Positions 17,799 through 27,391 of a DNA stretch of 64,000 nt are shown one piece after another. The DNA comes from Hyalangium minutum. Its GTDB lineage: Bacteria; Myxococcota; Myxococcia; Myxococcales; Myxococcaceae. The stretch's first letter is position 1. Each line of letters opens with the position of its first letter. The translations under genes were made by a program, and so were the position numbers. The notes beneath the pieces are model-generated. The model had not been told where the DNA came from and made no database searches. It worked only from the letters and a program-made list of their open reading frames with translations. The stretch lies in assembly GCF_000737315.1 (NCBI RefSeq), contig NZ_JMCB01000001.1:620001-684000 (forward strand). Reading direction: 5' to 3'.

Positions 17799-17843
17799 GC
17801 ACCGCCCGGCGCGGGTTCGATTCCCGCCGCATCCATCCGAGAA
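17799..17843 (+). repeat. tmRNA (ssrA)-like 3' end fragment, att-like copy 2
   Basis: gcaccgcccggcgcgggttcgattcccgccgcatccatcc; direct repeat of 4-49. Confidence 0.75.
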
Positions 17844-17889
17844 ACTCAGCCAATCGGAGCGAGCAGGCGCTCCTCTTCGGACTCGCGGA

Positions 17890-18957
17890 CTACGGGGCGT
17901 CCCAGGCCACCGTGCCGCTGCAGCTATCGTCGCGGTAGCAGCCGGCGCGGATCTGATACCTGCCTGAGATTGTGGGGGTATAGCTCAGGTTCGAGCCGTA
18001 GCCGTTGCAGGCGTCGTCATTGGCCGCCACCTCATTGCCCGAGGAATCGTAGAGCCGCAGGTAGGAGTCACCGACGATGTTGCTTCCGGCCAACCCGCAG
18101 GTCCCCAAGGTGATCGTCCTGCCGGCGGCGATGTAGACATCCTGGTTCACGGTGTGGATCTGCGCGTTGTCCGTGGTGCTCGTGGCGAAGGCGTAGGTGC
18201 CGCTCGTCGGAGGGAAATCGCCACCGCGCTCCCACGCGACCGTGCCGCTGCAGAAGAGGTTGGCGTAGCAGCCGGCAGCGATCCAGTACGTGTCCGTCGC
18301 CAGGCTCATGTAGCTCAGCTTCGAGCCCGAGCAATCGTTGGCCTCGTTGTTGAACGCCACCTCGATACCCCCGGAGGTGTAGAGGCGCAGGAAGGAGTCA
18401 CCGGAGACGCTGCTCCCCGACACCCCGCAGGTGCCCACGGTGATTGTCTCGCCCGCGGGGACGGTGACCTGCTCGTTCACCGTATACCTCCAGGCGTTCT
18501 GGGTGTTGCCCGTGCTGAAGGGGAACGTCCCTCTTGCAGAAGGGGGCGGCGCGCCGACGACGAGCTCCCACACCACCGTGCCGGTGCAGCTCTCATTGGA
18601 GAAGCAGCCGGCGCGGAGCTCGTAGTCGCCGGCCGTGGGCGCGGTGAAGACGATCTTGGAGCCGCGCCCCCCGCAGGCATCGTCACTCTCGACCACCTGG
18701 AGGGTGTCCGGCCCGAACAGGCGCAGGTACGTGTCACCCGAGAACGCTGTGCCCGCCAGGCCACACGTGCCCACGGTGAGCGTCTGTCCCGCCGTCATCG
18801 CGAAGGTCCTCTGGGTCGTGTTGTGCTGGGCGCTGCCGGTCTGGGTCGCGGAGTACGCGAAGGAGTCGGTCGACAGCAGAGAGATGGCACTGCTCGGAGA
18901 GGCCTGGACCGCCAGCGGGAACACCGCGAGCAGGCACGCCATTCGAATACGGGTCAT
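17890..18957 (-). CDS. Secreted protein with three Cys-containing PPC-like beta-sandwich repeats
   Basis: Signal peptide (VQA-SP); three repeats T.GTCG..G....GD..LRL.....ND.C...S.....AGC.....C.GTV.W. Confidence 0.7.
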   Translation of the reverse strand: MTRIRMACLLAVFPLAVQASPSSAISLLSTDSFAYSATQTGSAQHNTTQRTFAMTAGQTLTVGTCGLAGTAFSGDTYLRLFGPDTLQVVESDDACGGRGSKIVFTAPTAGDYELRAGCFSNESCTGTVVWELVVGAPPPSARGTFPFSTGNTQNAWRYTVNEQVTVPAGETITVGTCGVSGSSVSGDSFLRLYTSGGIEVAFNNEANDCSGSKLSYMSLATDTYWIAAGCYANLFCSGTVAWERGGDFPPTSGTYAFATSTTDNAQIHTVNQDVYIAAGRTITLGTCGLAGSNIVGDSYLRLYDSSGNEVAANDDACNGYGSNLSYTPTISGRYQIRAGCYRDDSCSGTVAWDAP

Positions 18958-19095
18958 CACGGCTCCTGGGATGGGGAATGCAGGAAAGCCTGCACTCACC
19001 GTCATACCCGACAGCACTGACAATCCGTTGACTCCCAGCGTCCTCCAGCACCGCGGAAGCGCCACGCTCGGTGCACCTCTGCAGCGTACGGCGGG

Positions 19096-22000
19096 CTAGC
19101 GCGTCACCGTCACGGTGACGGCCGTGCTGTAGACCGAGTTGCCGGCTCCATCATACGCCCGAGACCTCAGCGTGGTGTTGCCGATGGACACCTTCGTCGT
19201 GTCCCAGGACCAGGTGTACGGCGCCGTGGTGACGGAGCCCAGCAACAGCGAGCCCTGGTAGAACTCCACCTTGGTGATGGTCCCCCGGTCATCACTCGCG
19301 ATGGCGTCAATCTGCACCACCCCGGTGACCGTGGAGCCGCTGGCCGGCGAGGTGATGGACGTCGTGGGCGGCGTGAGATCGTTGTCGAAGATCACATTCA
19401 CGGGAGCCGAGGTCCCGATGTTGTTCAGGGTGTCGTACGCCTTGGCCGTGAGGACCTTGCTGCCATTGACCAGGAGCCGGGTGTTGTAGCTGAAGGAGTA
19501 CGGCGCCGTGGTGGCAGTGCCCACCTGCGTGGTGCCGGCGAAGTAGACCACCTTGGAGATCCCCGCTGCATCGCTGGCCGTGGCCGTGAAGACGACGGTA
19601 CCGGTCAGCGTCTCGCCCTCGGCCGGCGCGGTGAGTGTCACCGTGGGCGGCGTGAAGTCATTCTCGAAGGTCGCATTCACCGGCGCCGAGGTCCCCAGGT
19701 TGTTCAGCGTGTCATACGCCTTGGCCGTGAGGACCTTGGCCCCATTGGGCAGGAGCCGGGTGTTGTAGCTGAAGGAGTACGGCGCCGTGGCGTCGGAGCC
19801 CACCGCCGTGGTGCCGACGAAGAAGTCCACCCGGGCGATCCCCGCAGGATCGCTGGCCGTCGCCGTGAGGACGGCGGTGCCGCTCAGCGTCTCGCCCTCG
19901 GCCGGCGCGGTGAGTGTCACCGTGGGCGGCGTGAAGTCGTTCTCGAAGGTCACGTTCACCGGTGCGGAGGTGCCCATGTTGTTGACGGCGTCATACGCCG
20001 TGGCCGTGAGCACCTTGGCCCCGTTGGGCAGAAGCCGGGTGTTGTAGCTGAAGGAGTATGGCGCCGTGGTGTCGGAGCCCACCTGCGTGGTGCCAATGAA
20101 GAAGAGCACCCGGGTCACAGCCAGGTTATCGCTGGCCGTGGCCGTGAAGACGACGGTGCCTTTCAGGGGAGCGCCCTCGGCCGGCGCGGTGAGCGTCACC
20201 GTGGGCGGCGTGAAGTCGTTGTCGGCGTTCACCCGGACCTCGGCGGTGCCCACGTTGCCCCCGGCGTCATACGCCTTCGCGGTGAGCGTGCGATCACCGT
20301 TGGCGCCTGCACGCGTGTTCCAGTTGTAGGCGTACGGCGAGGAGGTGTCGGTGCCCAGCAACGTGCTGCCCTCGTAGAAATCGACGCGGGTGACTCCCAG
20401 GTTGTCTGTGGCCGTCGCGGTGACCGTGAGGGTGCCCGTCACGGTGGCCCCCTCCACGGGAGCGGAGATCGACACGGTGGGCGCGATCAGATCGTTGTCC
20501 ACCGTCACGTTCACCCCAGGCGAGGTGGAGGACTGCCCCAGGGCGTCATAGGCCTTCACGGTGAGCGAATGGGCGCCATTGCCCGCGGTTCTCGTGGCCC
20601 AGGAGAAGCTGTAGGGCGAGGCGGTGTCGGTCCCCAGCAGCGTGGCCCCGTCGTAGAACTCGACTCGGGTGACGGCCACGTTGTCGGTGGCTGTCGCGGA
20701 GAGCGTCACGGTCCCCTTCAGCGTCGCGCCCTCCACAGGCGCGGTGAGCGTCGCCGTGGGCGGCGTGAGGTCATTGTTGAAGGTCACACTCACCGCAGCG
20801 GAGGTGCCCACGTTGTTCAGGGTGTCATAGGCCTTCGCCGTGAGGGTCTTGGCCCCATTGGGCAGGTTCCGGGTGTTGTAGCCAAAGGAGTACGGCGCCG
20901 TGGTGGCAGTGCCCACCTGGAAGGTGTCGACGAAGAAATCCACCTTGGAGATCCCCGAGGTGTCGCTGGCCGTGGCGGTGAAGACGAGGTTCCCAGACAC
21001 GGTTGCGCCCTGGCGCGGCGCGGTGAGCGTCACCGTGGGCGGCGTGAGGTCATTGTCGAAGGTCACGTTCACCGTGGCGGAGGTGCCCAGGTTGAACAGG
21101 GTGTCATAGGCCTTCGCCGTGAGGGTCTTGGCCCCATTGGGCAGGAGCCGGGTGTCGTAGCTGAAGGAGTACGGCGCCGTGGTGGCAGAGCCCACCTGAG
21201 TGGAGCCGACGAAGAAATCCATCCGGGAGATCCCCGAGGGGTCGCTGGCCGTGGCCGTGAGGACGACGGTGCCGGTCAGCGTCGCACCCTGTCCCGGAGC
21301 GGTGAGCATCACCGTGGGCGGCGTGTAGTCATTGTCGAGGGTCACATTCACCGCTGCGGAAGTGCCCACGTTGTTCAGGGTGTCATACGCCTTGGCCGTG
21401 AGGCTCCAGGCCCCATTGAGCCGGCCCCGGGTGTTGTAGCTGAAGGAGTACGGGGCTGTGGAGTCGGTCCCCACCAGGATGGGGCCGAGGAAGAACTCCA
21501 CCTGGGAGATCCCCGAGGTGTCACTGGCCGTGGCCGTCAAGAGGACGGTGCCGCTCAGGGTCGCGCCCTCGGTTGGCGCGGTGAGCGTCACCGTGGGCGG
21601 CGTGAAGTCGTTGTTGGCCGTCACCGTCACCTGGGCAGTGGCCACGTTGCCCCCGGCGTCATACGCCTTCGCGGTGAGCGTGCGGTCACCGTTGGGGCCT
21701 GTGCGCGTGTTCCAGCTGTAGGCGTACGGCGAGGTGGTGCCCGTGGCCAGCAGCGTGCTGCCCTCGTAGAGCTCGACGCGGGCCACGCCCTGGTCGTCCG
21801 TGGCCATCGCGGTGACCGTGAGGGTGCCCGTCACAGCCGCCCCCGCGGCTGGGGCGGAGATCGACACGGTGGGAGCGATTAGATCATTGTCCACCGTCAC
21901 GTTCACCCCGGGCGAAGTGGCGGACTGCCCGCCGGCGTCATAGGCCTTCACGGTGAGCGAATGGGCGCCATTGCCCGCGGTTCTCGCATCCCAGGAGAAG

Positions 22001-24600
22001 CTGAAGGGTGCGGCGGTGTCGGTCCCCAGCAGCGTGGCCCCGTCGTAGAACTCGACTCGGGTGACGGCGACGTTGTCCAGGGCGGTCGCGGTGAGCGTTA
22101 CGATCCCCCTCAGCGTCGCGCCCTCTCCAGGCGCGGTGAGCGTCACCGTGGGCGGTACGGTGTCCGGCGCTGCGGCGATCTCGATCACCTTGGCGGAGGT
22201 CAGGCCGTTGACGGTGACGGACAACAGGTACTGCCCTGGGGGCGTTGGGGGCACGGTGGAGGTGACGTGCGTGCTCGAGAACCCCTGCGAGGGCAGCACG
22301 GCCAGCGTGCCTCTTTCAATGTCCAGCAACGTCAGGAAGGGGAAGTCGGAGGCAGAGGAGCGGCTACTGCCACCACTGGCTTCCGAGATGCCACGCAACA
22401 GCGAGCCATTCACGGTGAAGGAAGCGCCAGGGATGAGCGGAGCGCTCGCGGAGACACTGACAATGCCAGGCCGCCACAGAGGGTTGGAGCCCGTGTCGTC
22501 GTACAGCTCTACGGTGTCCTGGTCCCCCCCCATCACGAGCACCTGGCCCGAGGGCAGCAGCGTGACCATGGCGAAGGATCGGCCTTGAGAGAGCGAGGCG
22601 GTGTCCGTCCAGGAACCGGTGGCCGGGTCATACACTTCATGGATCGGTTCAGGCGAGGGACTGTACCCGCCCACCACGAGCACCTTGCCCGAGGGCAGCA
22701 GCGTCGCCCTGTTGCCGAAGCGGTCCTTACGGAGCGGAGCGATGTCCGTCCAGGAGCCGGTGGCCGGATCGTACACCTCGACCCTTGTGCCGCCGTTATA
22801 TCCACCCGCGACGAGCACCTTGCCCGAGGGCAGCAGCGTCGCCGTGGCGAGAAACCGAGGCAGAGCCAGTGAGCCCGTGACAGTCCATGAGCCCGAGCCC
22901 GGATCGTACACCTCGGCGCTGCTCAGGTAGCCGGAGGAAGACGCACCCTGGCCACAGACGACGAGCACCTTGCCCGAGGGCAGCAACGCCGCCGCATGCT
23001 TGCTCCGGGCCTGAGCGAGCGAGCCGGTGTTGGCCCAGGTACCGGTCACCGGGTCATACAGCTCGACGCTGTTCAGGTTGCCGCTGTTGTTGACTCCACC
23101 CGCGATGAGCACCGTGCCCGACGGCAGCAGCGTCGCCGTGTGGTAGGCCCGCGCCTGAGCGAGTGAGCCGGTGTCGGCCCAGCGATGGGTGGCTGGGTCA
23201 TACAGCTTGGCGCTGGTCGTGTAGCCGGAGTCGTTCCTCCCCCCCACGACGAGCACCTGGCCCGAAGGCAGCAGCGTCATCGTGTAGTCGTCCCGAGCCG
23301 GAGTGAATGGACCGGTGTCTGTCCAGCTGCCGTTGGCTGGGTCATACAGCTTGGAGTTGATGCTGTAATACCCATACCCCCCGAGGACGAGCACCTTGCC
23401 CGAGGGCAGCAGCGCCGCCTTCTTGCCGTTGTAACTCCCAGGAACCAACGTGCTCGTCCCAGAGCCGGCGGCCGGGTTGTACAGCTCCGCGCTGGCCAGA
23501 GCCCCGCTGGTGCCAGTGCCTCCCACCACCAGCACCTTGCCCGAAGGCAGCAGCGTCGCCGTGTGGAGGGCACGGGCTTGGAAGAGCGAAACGGAGGAAG
23601 CCCAGTAGCCGGAGGACGGGTCATACAGCTCGGCGCTGGTGAGGGCACCACTGGAGTCAGCACCGCCCGCCACGAGCACCCTGCCCGAGGGCAGCAATGT
23701 CGCCGTGGCATGGAAGCGGGCCTGAGCGAGCGAGACAGCGTCAGCCCAGGAACCGGTGACCGGATCATACAGCTCGGTGCGGGCCAGGGCTCCGTTGGGG
23801 CCAACGCCGCCCGCTACGAACACCTTGCCCGACGGCAGCAGCGTGGCCGTAGCGCCGGAGCGGGCCTGAGCGAGCGCGCCGGTGGCAGACCAGGCGCTGG
23901 TGGCCGGATCATACAGCTCGGCGCTGGCCAGGGCTCCGTTGGGGCCAGCGCCGCCCGTCACGAGCACCTGGCCCGAGGCCAGCAATGCCGCCGTGGCGTC
24001 GGAGCGGGCCTGGGTGAGCGAGCCGGTAACGGACCAGGAGCCGGTGACCGGGTCATAGAGTTCGGCGCTGTTCAGGGCACTGCTGGCGCCAACCCCCCCC
24101 ACGACGAGCACCTGGCCCGAGGCCAGCAGCGTCGCCGTGTGGCTCCCACGGGCCTCCACGAGAGAGCCGATGGTGGCCCAGGAGCCAGTGGCTGCATCAT
24201 AGAGCTCGGCGCTGGTGAGCGCGCCGTTGGGGCCCTCGCCTCCCACGATGAGCACCTTGCCCGAGGGCAGCAGCGTCGCGGTGTGGTTCTTGCGGGCCTG
24301 AGCGAGCGAGCCGGTCGAGCCCCACGCGTTGGTGACCGGGTCATACAACTCGGCGTGGGCCTGGGGGCCGCTGGAGCCGTCCCCGCCCGCAACGAGCACC
24401 TTGCCCGAGGGCAGCAGCGTGGTGGTGTGACCGCTCCTGGCAGAGGACAGAGAGGCCGGCATCTCCCAACCCGCTGCGACCAGCCGCGAGGACTGACGAT
24501 GGGCCGTGGCCTCACCCGGGGAACGCTCCGAGGAGGGACTGCACGAGCCAAGGACGAGGACGAGCGCGGCCGCCATGAGTGAAACGAAGGTTCGAAGCAT
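19096..24600 (-). CDS. Large lipoprotein: 14 Kelch repeats + 11 bacterial Ig-like repeats
   Basis: LGSC lipobox after ATG 24600; 14 x (T)LLPSG.VLV.GG; 11 x D..PPTV.LTAP...A.AYD...N. Confidence 0.85.
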   Translation of the reverse strand: MLRTFVSLMAAALVLVLGSCSPSSERSPGEATAHRQSSRLVAAGWEMPASLSSARSGHTTTLLPSGKVLVAGGDGSSGPQAHAELYDPVTNAWGSTGSLAQARKNHTATLLPSGKVLIVGGEGPNGALTSAELYDAATGSWATIGSLVEARGSHTATLLASGQVLVVGGVGASSALNSAELYDPVTGSWSVTGSLTQARSDATAALLASGQVLVTGGAGPNGALASAELYDPATSAWSATGALAQARSGATATLLPSGKVFVAGGVGPNGALARTELYDPVTGSWADAVSLAQARFHATATLLPSGRVLVAGGADSSGALTSAELYDPSSGYWASSVSLFQARALHTATLLPSGKVLVVGGTGTSGALASAELYNPAAGSGTSTLVPGSYNGKKAALLPSGKVLVLGGYGYYSINSKLYDPANGSWTDTGPFTPARDDYTMTLLPSGQVLVVGGRNDSGYTTSAKLYDPATHRWADTGSLAQARAYHTATLLPSGTVLIAGGVNNSGNLNSVELYDPVTGTWANTGSLAQARSKHAAALLPSGKVLVVCGQGASSSGYLSSAEVYDPGSGSWTVTGSLALPRFLATATLLPSGKVLVAGGYNGGTRVEVYDPATGSWTDIAPLRKDRFGNRATLLPSGKVLVVGGYSPSPEPIHEVYDPATGSWTDTASLSQGRSFAMVTLLPSGQVLVMGGDQDTVELYDDTGSNPLWRPGIVSVSASAPLIPGASFTVNGSLLRGISEASGGSSRSSASDFPFLTLLDIERGTLAVLPSQGFSSTHVTSTVPPTPPGQYLLSVTVNGLTSAKVIEIAAAPDTVPPTVTLTAPGEGATLRGIVTLTATALDNVAVTRVEFYDGATLLGTDTAAPFSFSWDARTAGNGAHSLTVKAYDAGGQSATSPGVNVTVDNDLIAPTVSISAPAAGAAVTGTLTVTAMATDDQGVARVELYEGSTLLATGTTSPYAYSWNTRTGPNGDRTLTAKAYDAGGNVATAQVTVTANNDFTPPTVTLTAPTEGATLSGTVLLTATASDTSGISQVEFFLGPILVGTDSTAPYSFSYNTRGRLNGAWSLTAKAYDTLNNVGTSAAVNVTLDNDYTPPTVMLTAPGQGATLTGTVVLTATASDPSGISRMDFFVGSTQVGSATTAPYSFSYDTRLLPNGAKTLTAKAYDTLFNLGTSATVNVTFDNDLTPPTVTLTAPRQGATVSGNLVFTATASDTSGISKVDFFVDTFQVGTATTAPYSFGYNTRNLPNGAKTLTAKAYDTLNNVGTSAAVSVTFNNDLTPPTATLTAPVEGATLKGTVTLSATATDNVAVTRVEFYDGATLLGTDTASPYSFSWATRTAGNGAHSLTVKAYDALGQSSTSPGVNVTVDNDLIAPTVSISAPVEGATVTGTLTVTATATDNLGVTRVDFYEGSTLLGTDTSSPYAYNWNTRAGANGDRTLTAKAYDAGGNVGTAEVRVNADNDFTPPTVTLTAPAEGAPLKGTVVFTATASDNLAVTRVLFFIGTTQVGSDTTAPYSFSYNTRLLPNGAKVLTATAYDAVNNMGTSAPVNVTFENDFTPPTVTLTAPAEGETLSGTAVLTATASDPAGIARVDFFVGTTAVGSDATAPYSFSYNTRLLPNGAKVLTAKAYDTLNNLGTSAPVNATFENDFTPPTVTLTAPAEGETLTGTVVFTATASDAAGISKVVYFAGTTQVGTATTAPYSFSYNTRLLVNGSKVLTAKAYDTLNNIGTSAPVNVIFDNDLTPPTTSITSPASGSTVTGVVQIDAIASDDRGTITKVEFYQGSLLLGSVTTAPYTWSWDTTKVSIGNTTLRSRAYDGAGNSVYSTAVTVTVTR

Positions 24601-24704
24601 GTTCCCCCCTGCTGGAATCGGACAGCCAAGCTGCACGAACGGCCCCTGCTTGTCCATGCCAATCCCGTCTGCTCGGCCCAGTCTCCTCGCGGCGTCTTCT
24701 CCTC

Positions 24705-25196
24705 CTACTTCTGCTCCAGGGCATCCGCCATGGGAGGCACTGCGGGAGCGGCCGTCCGGGTGGAGGTGGTGCTCATGGTGGTCGCCCCACGCGGGACTTG
24801 CATCGAGTTGCGCTCCACATAGAGCTGCGTGCACACCGAGTTGGACTTGTTCCACTGGAATCCCAGGTAGCTCGTGTCGTTGAGCGAGGTGATCAAATCC
24901 ACCACCGACTGCGGAGGATTGCTCAGGGTGCACCATCCCATGTTGTTCAAGGCGTCAACGGCCTGGCACGTGAGGGTCCGTGAAGGGGAGGCGGTGTTGA
25001 TGGCGTTCACCGTGATGTTGCAGACGATGGACTGCTTCGTGTCCGCCGAGTTCTGCGCCGCAGCGATGGTCCCTCCCGCGAAACCATAGTTGGGATTGGC
25101 CAGGTACACGCTCACGTCGTAATTGGCCCGGGCTCCCGCGCTGGCCGCCGTGGCGGCGGCAGTAAGCACCAGGAACAGCAGTTTGTGGGCTTTCAC
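24705..25196 (-). CDS. Secreted hypothetical protein with four Cys
   Basis: GTG start with AAGGGAG RBS, signal peptide (ARA-NY). Confidence 0.65.
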   Translation of the reverse strand: MKAHKLLFLVLTAAATAASAGARANYDVSVYLANPNYGFAGGTIAAAQNSADTKQSIVCNITVNAINTASPSRTLTCQAVDALNNMGWCTLSNPPQSVVDLITSLNDTSYLGFQWNKSNSVCTQLYVERNSMQVPRGATTMSTTSTRTAAPAVPPMADALEQK

Positions 25197-25324
25197 GGCA
25201 TTCTCCCTTGTGGGGCGGTCCTTGGACCGCGAGTCACGCTTCGAGGGCTGAGCAGCTCCCCTCACATGGAAGTGAGCCGACGAGGCGGAGAACGATTCAG
25301 AAAATCAACGTGCTCCTGGGCCCT

Positions 25325-25352
25325 GCGGGTTCGATTCCCGCCGCCTCCATCC
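25325..25352 (+). repeat. tmRNA (ssrA)-like 3' end fragment, att-like copy 3
   Basis: gcgggttcgattcccgccgcctccatcc: perfect T-stem GCGGG/CCCGC and acceptor strand CGCCTCC-A. Confidence 0.8.
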
Positions 25353-25506
25353 CAAGAAGCCCAGCAATCTTCTGATGCTCGCCGAGCGTCGGGCGCAGCG
25401 AGGCTGACGCATCGCGACGCCAGGGTCAGAGCCCTGATGAGCTGAGGGGATTGAATCAAGCCGCTCCTTCACCGTCCTCCCTCCCCAGACACTGAAGGAG
25501 CTGACC

Positions 25507-25719
25507 GTGACTGACTCCCGCTCATGCCGCCGCTCCCATGGCCTTGTCCTCCTCGCAGCCCTGCTCGTTGGCCCCACGGCACTCGCCGACGCCGATGTCG
25601 AGGGCGCGCTCGAAATCTGCCGGCAGCAATGCCTTCCAGCATGCATCGAGTTGGCAGAAGTTCTCTGCTTGCGTCCGCGAGGCACTCACGCGCTACTCGA
25701 CTGCGGACGGTGTCTCTGA
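25507..25719 (+). CDS. Small secreted Cys-rich protein, possibly truncated at the inverted repeat
   Basis: AAGGAG RBS before GTG; hydrophobic signal LVLLAALLVGPTALA; six Cys in mature part; last codons lie inside the 25701-25747 repeat. Confidence 0.45.
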   Translation: MTDSRSCRRSHGLVLLAALLVGPTALADADVEGALEICRQQCLPACIELAEVLCLRPRGTHALLDCGRCL

Positions 25720-25747
25720 AATGTGCAGCGACTCGGGTGACTGACGT
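25701..25747 (+). repeat. 47-bp inverted repeat, left copy
   Basis: ctgcggacggtgtctctgaaatgtgcagcgactcgggtgactgacgt; 45/47 match to reverse complement of 28981-29027 (manual alignment). Confidence 0.9.
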
Positions 25748-25748
25748 T

Positions 25749-27266
25749 TCACTCCCGTTGACTCACGAGCTCAGCGCCCTTGGCCGCGATCATCATGGTG
25801 GCGGCAGCCGTGTTGCCGGAGACCGTGGTGGGGATGATGGAGGCGTCGATGACGCGCAAGCCCTGGGTGCCGAGGACATTGAGGCGAGGCGTCACCACGG
25901 ATTGATCATCCACCCCCATCTTGCAGGTGCCTGCGTAGTGATAGCAGGTGTCCGCCGTCTGGCGGACGTAGGCTTCGAGCTCGGCATCCGTTTGCACTTC
26001 AGGTCCCGGCAAGAGCTCCTGAGAGAACCAGGAAGCCATGTTGGGGTGGTGGCCCATGCGGCGGGCCAGCTTGACGCCGTGGATGCAACGCTGGAGATCC
26101 TCGGGGGCCGTGAGGTAGCGCGGATCGATGAGGGGGGGCTCGGTAGGGTTGGAGCTCGAGAGCCTGATGGTACCGCGGCTCTTCAGGAGCTGGAGATTGG
26201 GGTAGATGAAGTAGCTCTGCTGCTTGTCGGGAGGCAGATCCATCCCCTTCATGGTGCCGCTGGCCAGAGAGCACTCCACGTCCGTAAGGTGAGGGAGCGT
26301 GGAAGGATCCGTGGAGGTGAAGATCACCGCGCCTATGAGGCCGTAAGGCTGAGGCGGCAGGGGTTTCTTGCTCGCGAAACCGCCCGTGACGAAGAGGTCA
26401 TCTTGAAAGTTCTCGCCGACCCCGGGGAGCGCTGACACCACGGGGATCCCCATGTCGCGGAGCTGATCCTCCGGGCCCACCCCGGAGAGCAGCAAGAGGT
26501 GGGGGCTGCCAATGGCACCCGCACAGAGCAGGATCTCCCGCCTGGCGGGAAGTTCGACTTGTCGCTGAGTGCGCAGGTCGGTCGCCACCACGGCCACCGC
26601 CCGCCGCTCGGGGTCGAAGAGGATGCGATCGAAGCGGACGCCGCTCGCGATCTTCAGGCGGCGGGGCTTCCTGGCACCCAAGAAGTGGCTGAAGGCTGTT
26701 TCCCGCCTCCCCTGCTGGCTGATGAGAAACTGGAATGGGGAGACACCGAACGCGTGAGGGGAGGCGTTGTAGTCGAGGTTGTAGGGAATGCCCAGGTGGT
26801 TGCAAGCGCCTATCAACTCCATGACAAAGGGATCCGCCTTGGCATGGGTGATGTGGAGCCGCTGCTCGACGCGGTGGAAGGAAGGCAGCAGGCTCTCATA
26901 GTCCCAGCCCTCACAGCCCGCCTGGGCCCACTGGTCAAAGCCATACCTGCCACCGCGCACGTACACCATCGCATTGTGGATGCTGCAACCGCCCAGCGCC
27001 TTGGCCCGGGCGAGCCGGATGGTGCGGCCATTGAGCCCGGCCTGGGCGACCGAGCGGTAGCCCCATTCCCGCTGGGGATCACGAGAGACCAGCAGCCAGC
27101 GGGTGGGATCCCAGACGGTTGCGTCCTTCGGGGGGATGTCATGGCCGGCTTCCAGCAAGAGGATCCGGGCATCCGGGAGCTTCTCCGCGAGCATGGCTGC
27201 CAGCACGCAGCCGGCGGAGCCAGCCCCGAGGACGATGTAGTCGAAGGTCCCTTTGAGTGGATTCAT
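25749..27266 (-). CDS. GMC family oxidoreductase (choline dehydrogenase-like)
   Basis: VLGAGSAG, LLEAG, LGGCS.HNAMVYVRG, AGAIGSP.LL.LSG.G, YH..GTC.MG, LRV.DAS..P, GNT.A. Confidence 0.9.
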   Translation of the reverse strand: MNPLKGTFDYIVLGAGSAGCVLAAMLAEKLPDARILLLEAGHDIPPKDATVWDPTRWLLVSRDPQREWGYRSVAQAGLNGRTIRLARAKALGGCSIHNAMVYVRGGRYGFDQWAQAGCEGWDYESLLPSFHRVEQRLHITHAKADPFVMELIGACNHLGIPYNLDYNASPHAFGVSPFQFLISQQGRRETAFSHFLGARKPRRLKIASGVRFDRILFDPERRAVAVVATDLRTQRQVELPARREILLCAGAIGSPHLLLLSGVGPEDQLRDMGIPVVSALPGVGENFQDDLFVTGGFASKKPLPPQPYGLIGAVIFTSTDPSTLPHLTDVECSLASGTMKGMDLPPDKQQSYFIYPNLQLLKSRGTIRLSSSNPTEPPLIDPRYLTAPEDLQRCIHGVKLARRMGHHPNMASWFSQELLPGPEVQTDAELEAYVRQTADTCYHYAGTCKMGVDDQSVVTPRLNVLGTQGLRVIDASIIPTTVSGNTAAATMMIAAKGAELVSQRE

Positions 27267-27391
27267 GGGCGCTCCTGGGGCGAGTGAGTCTGAGCATCGG
27301 AAAAATGAAGGCCCTCCCCCTTTTTCCTGGGCGTTTCTTAGGAGGGTGCATCGCCCTGCCGTACATTCCGCACGGCGGCAGGAGGTGAGGC

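Noticed and set aside
19380-24480. Regularly spaced repeats resembling a CRISPR array
   Set aside because: They are codon-phased Kelch and Ig protein repeats inside one ORF; there are no unique spacers and no cas genes.
24601-24936. N-terminal 112 aa of the 1946-aa ORF
   Set aside because: It overlaps the upstream secreted gene; the signal peptide and lipobox begin at ATG 24600.
27299-27328. ggaaaaa...tttttcc inverted repeat between the divergent GMC and J-domain genes
   Set aside because: Only 7-bp arms; could be an operator but too weak to claim.
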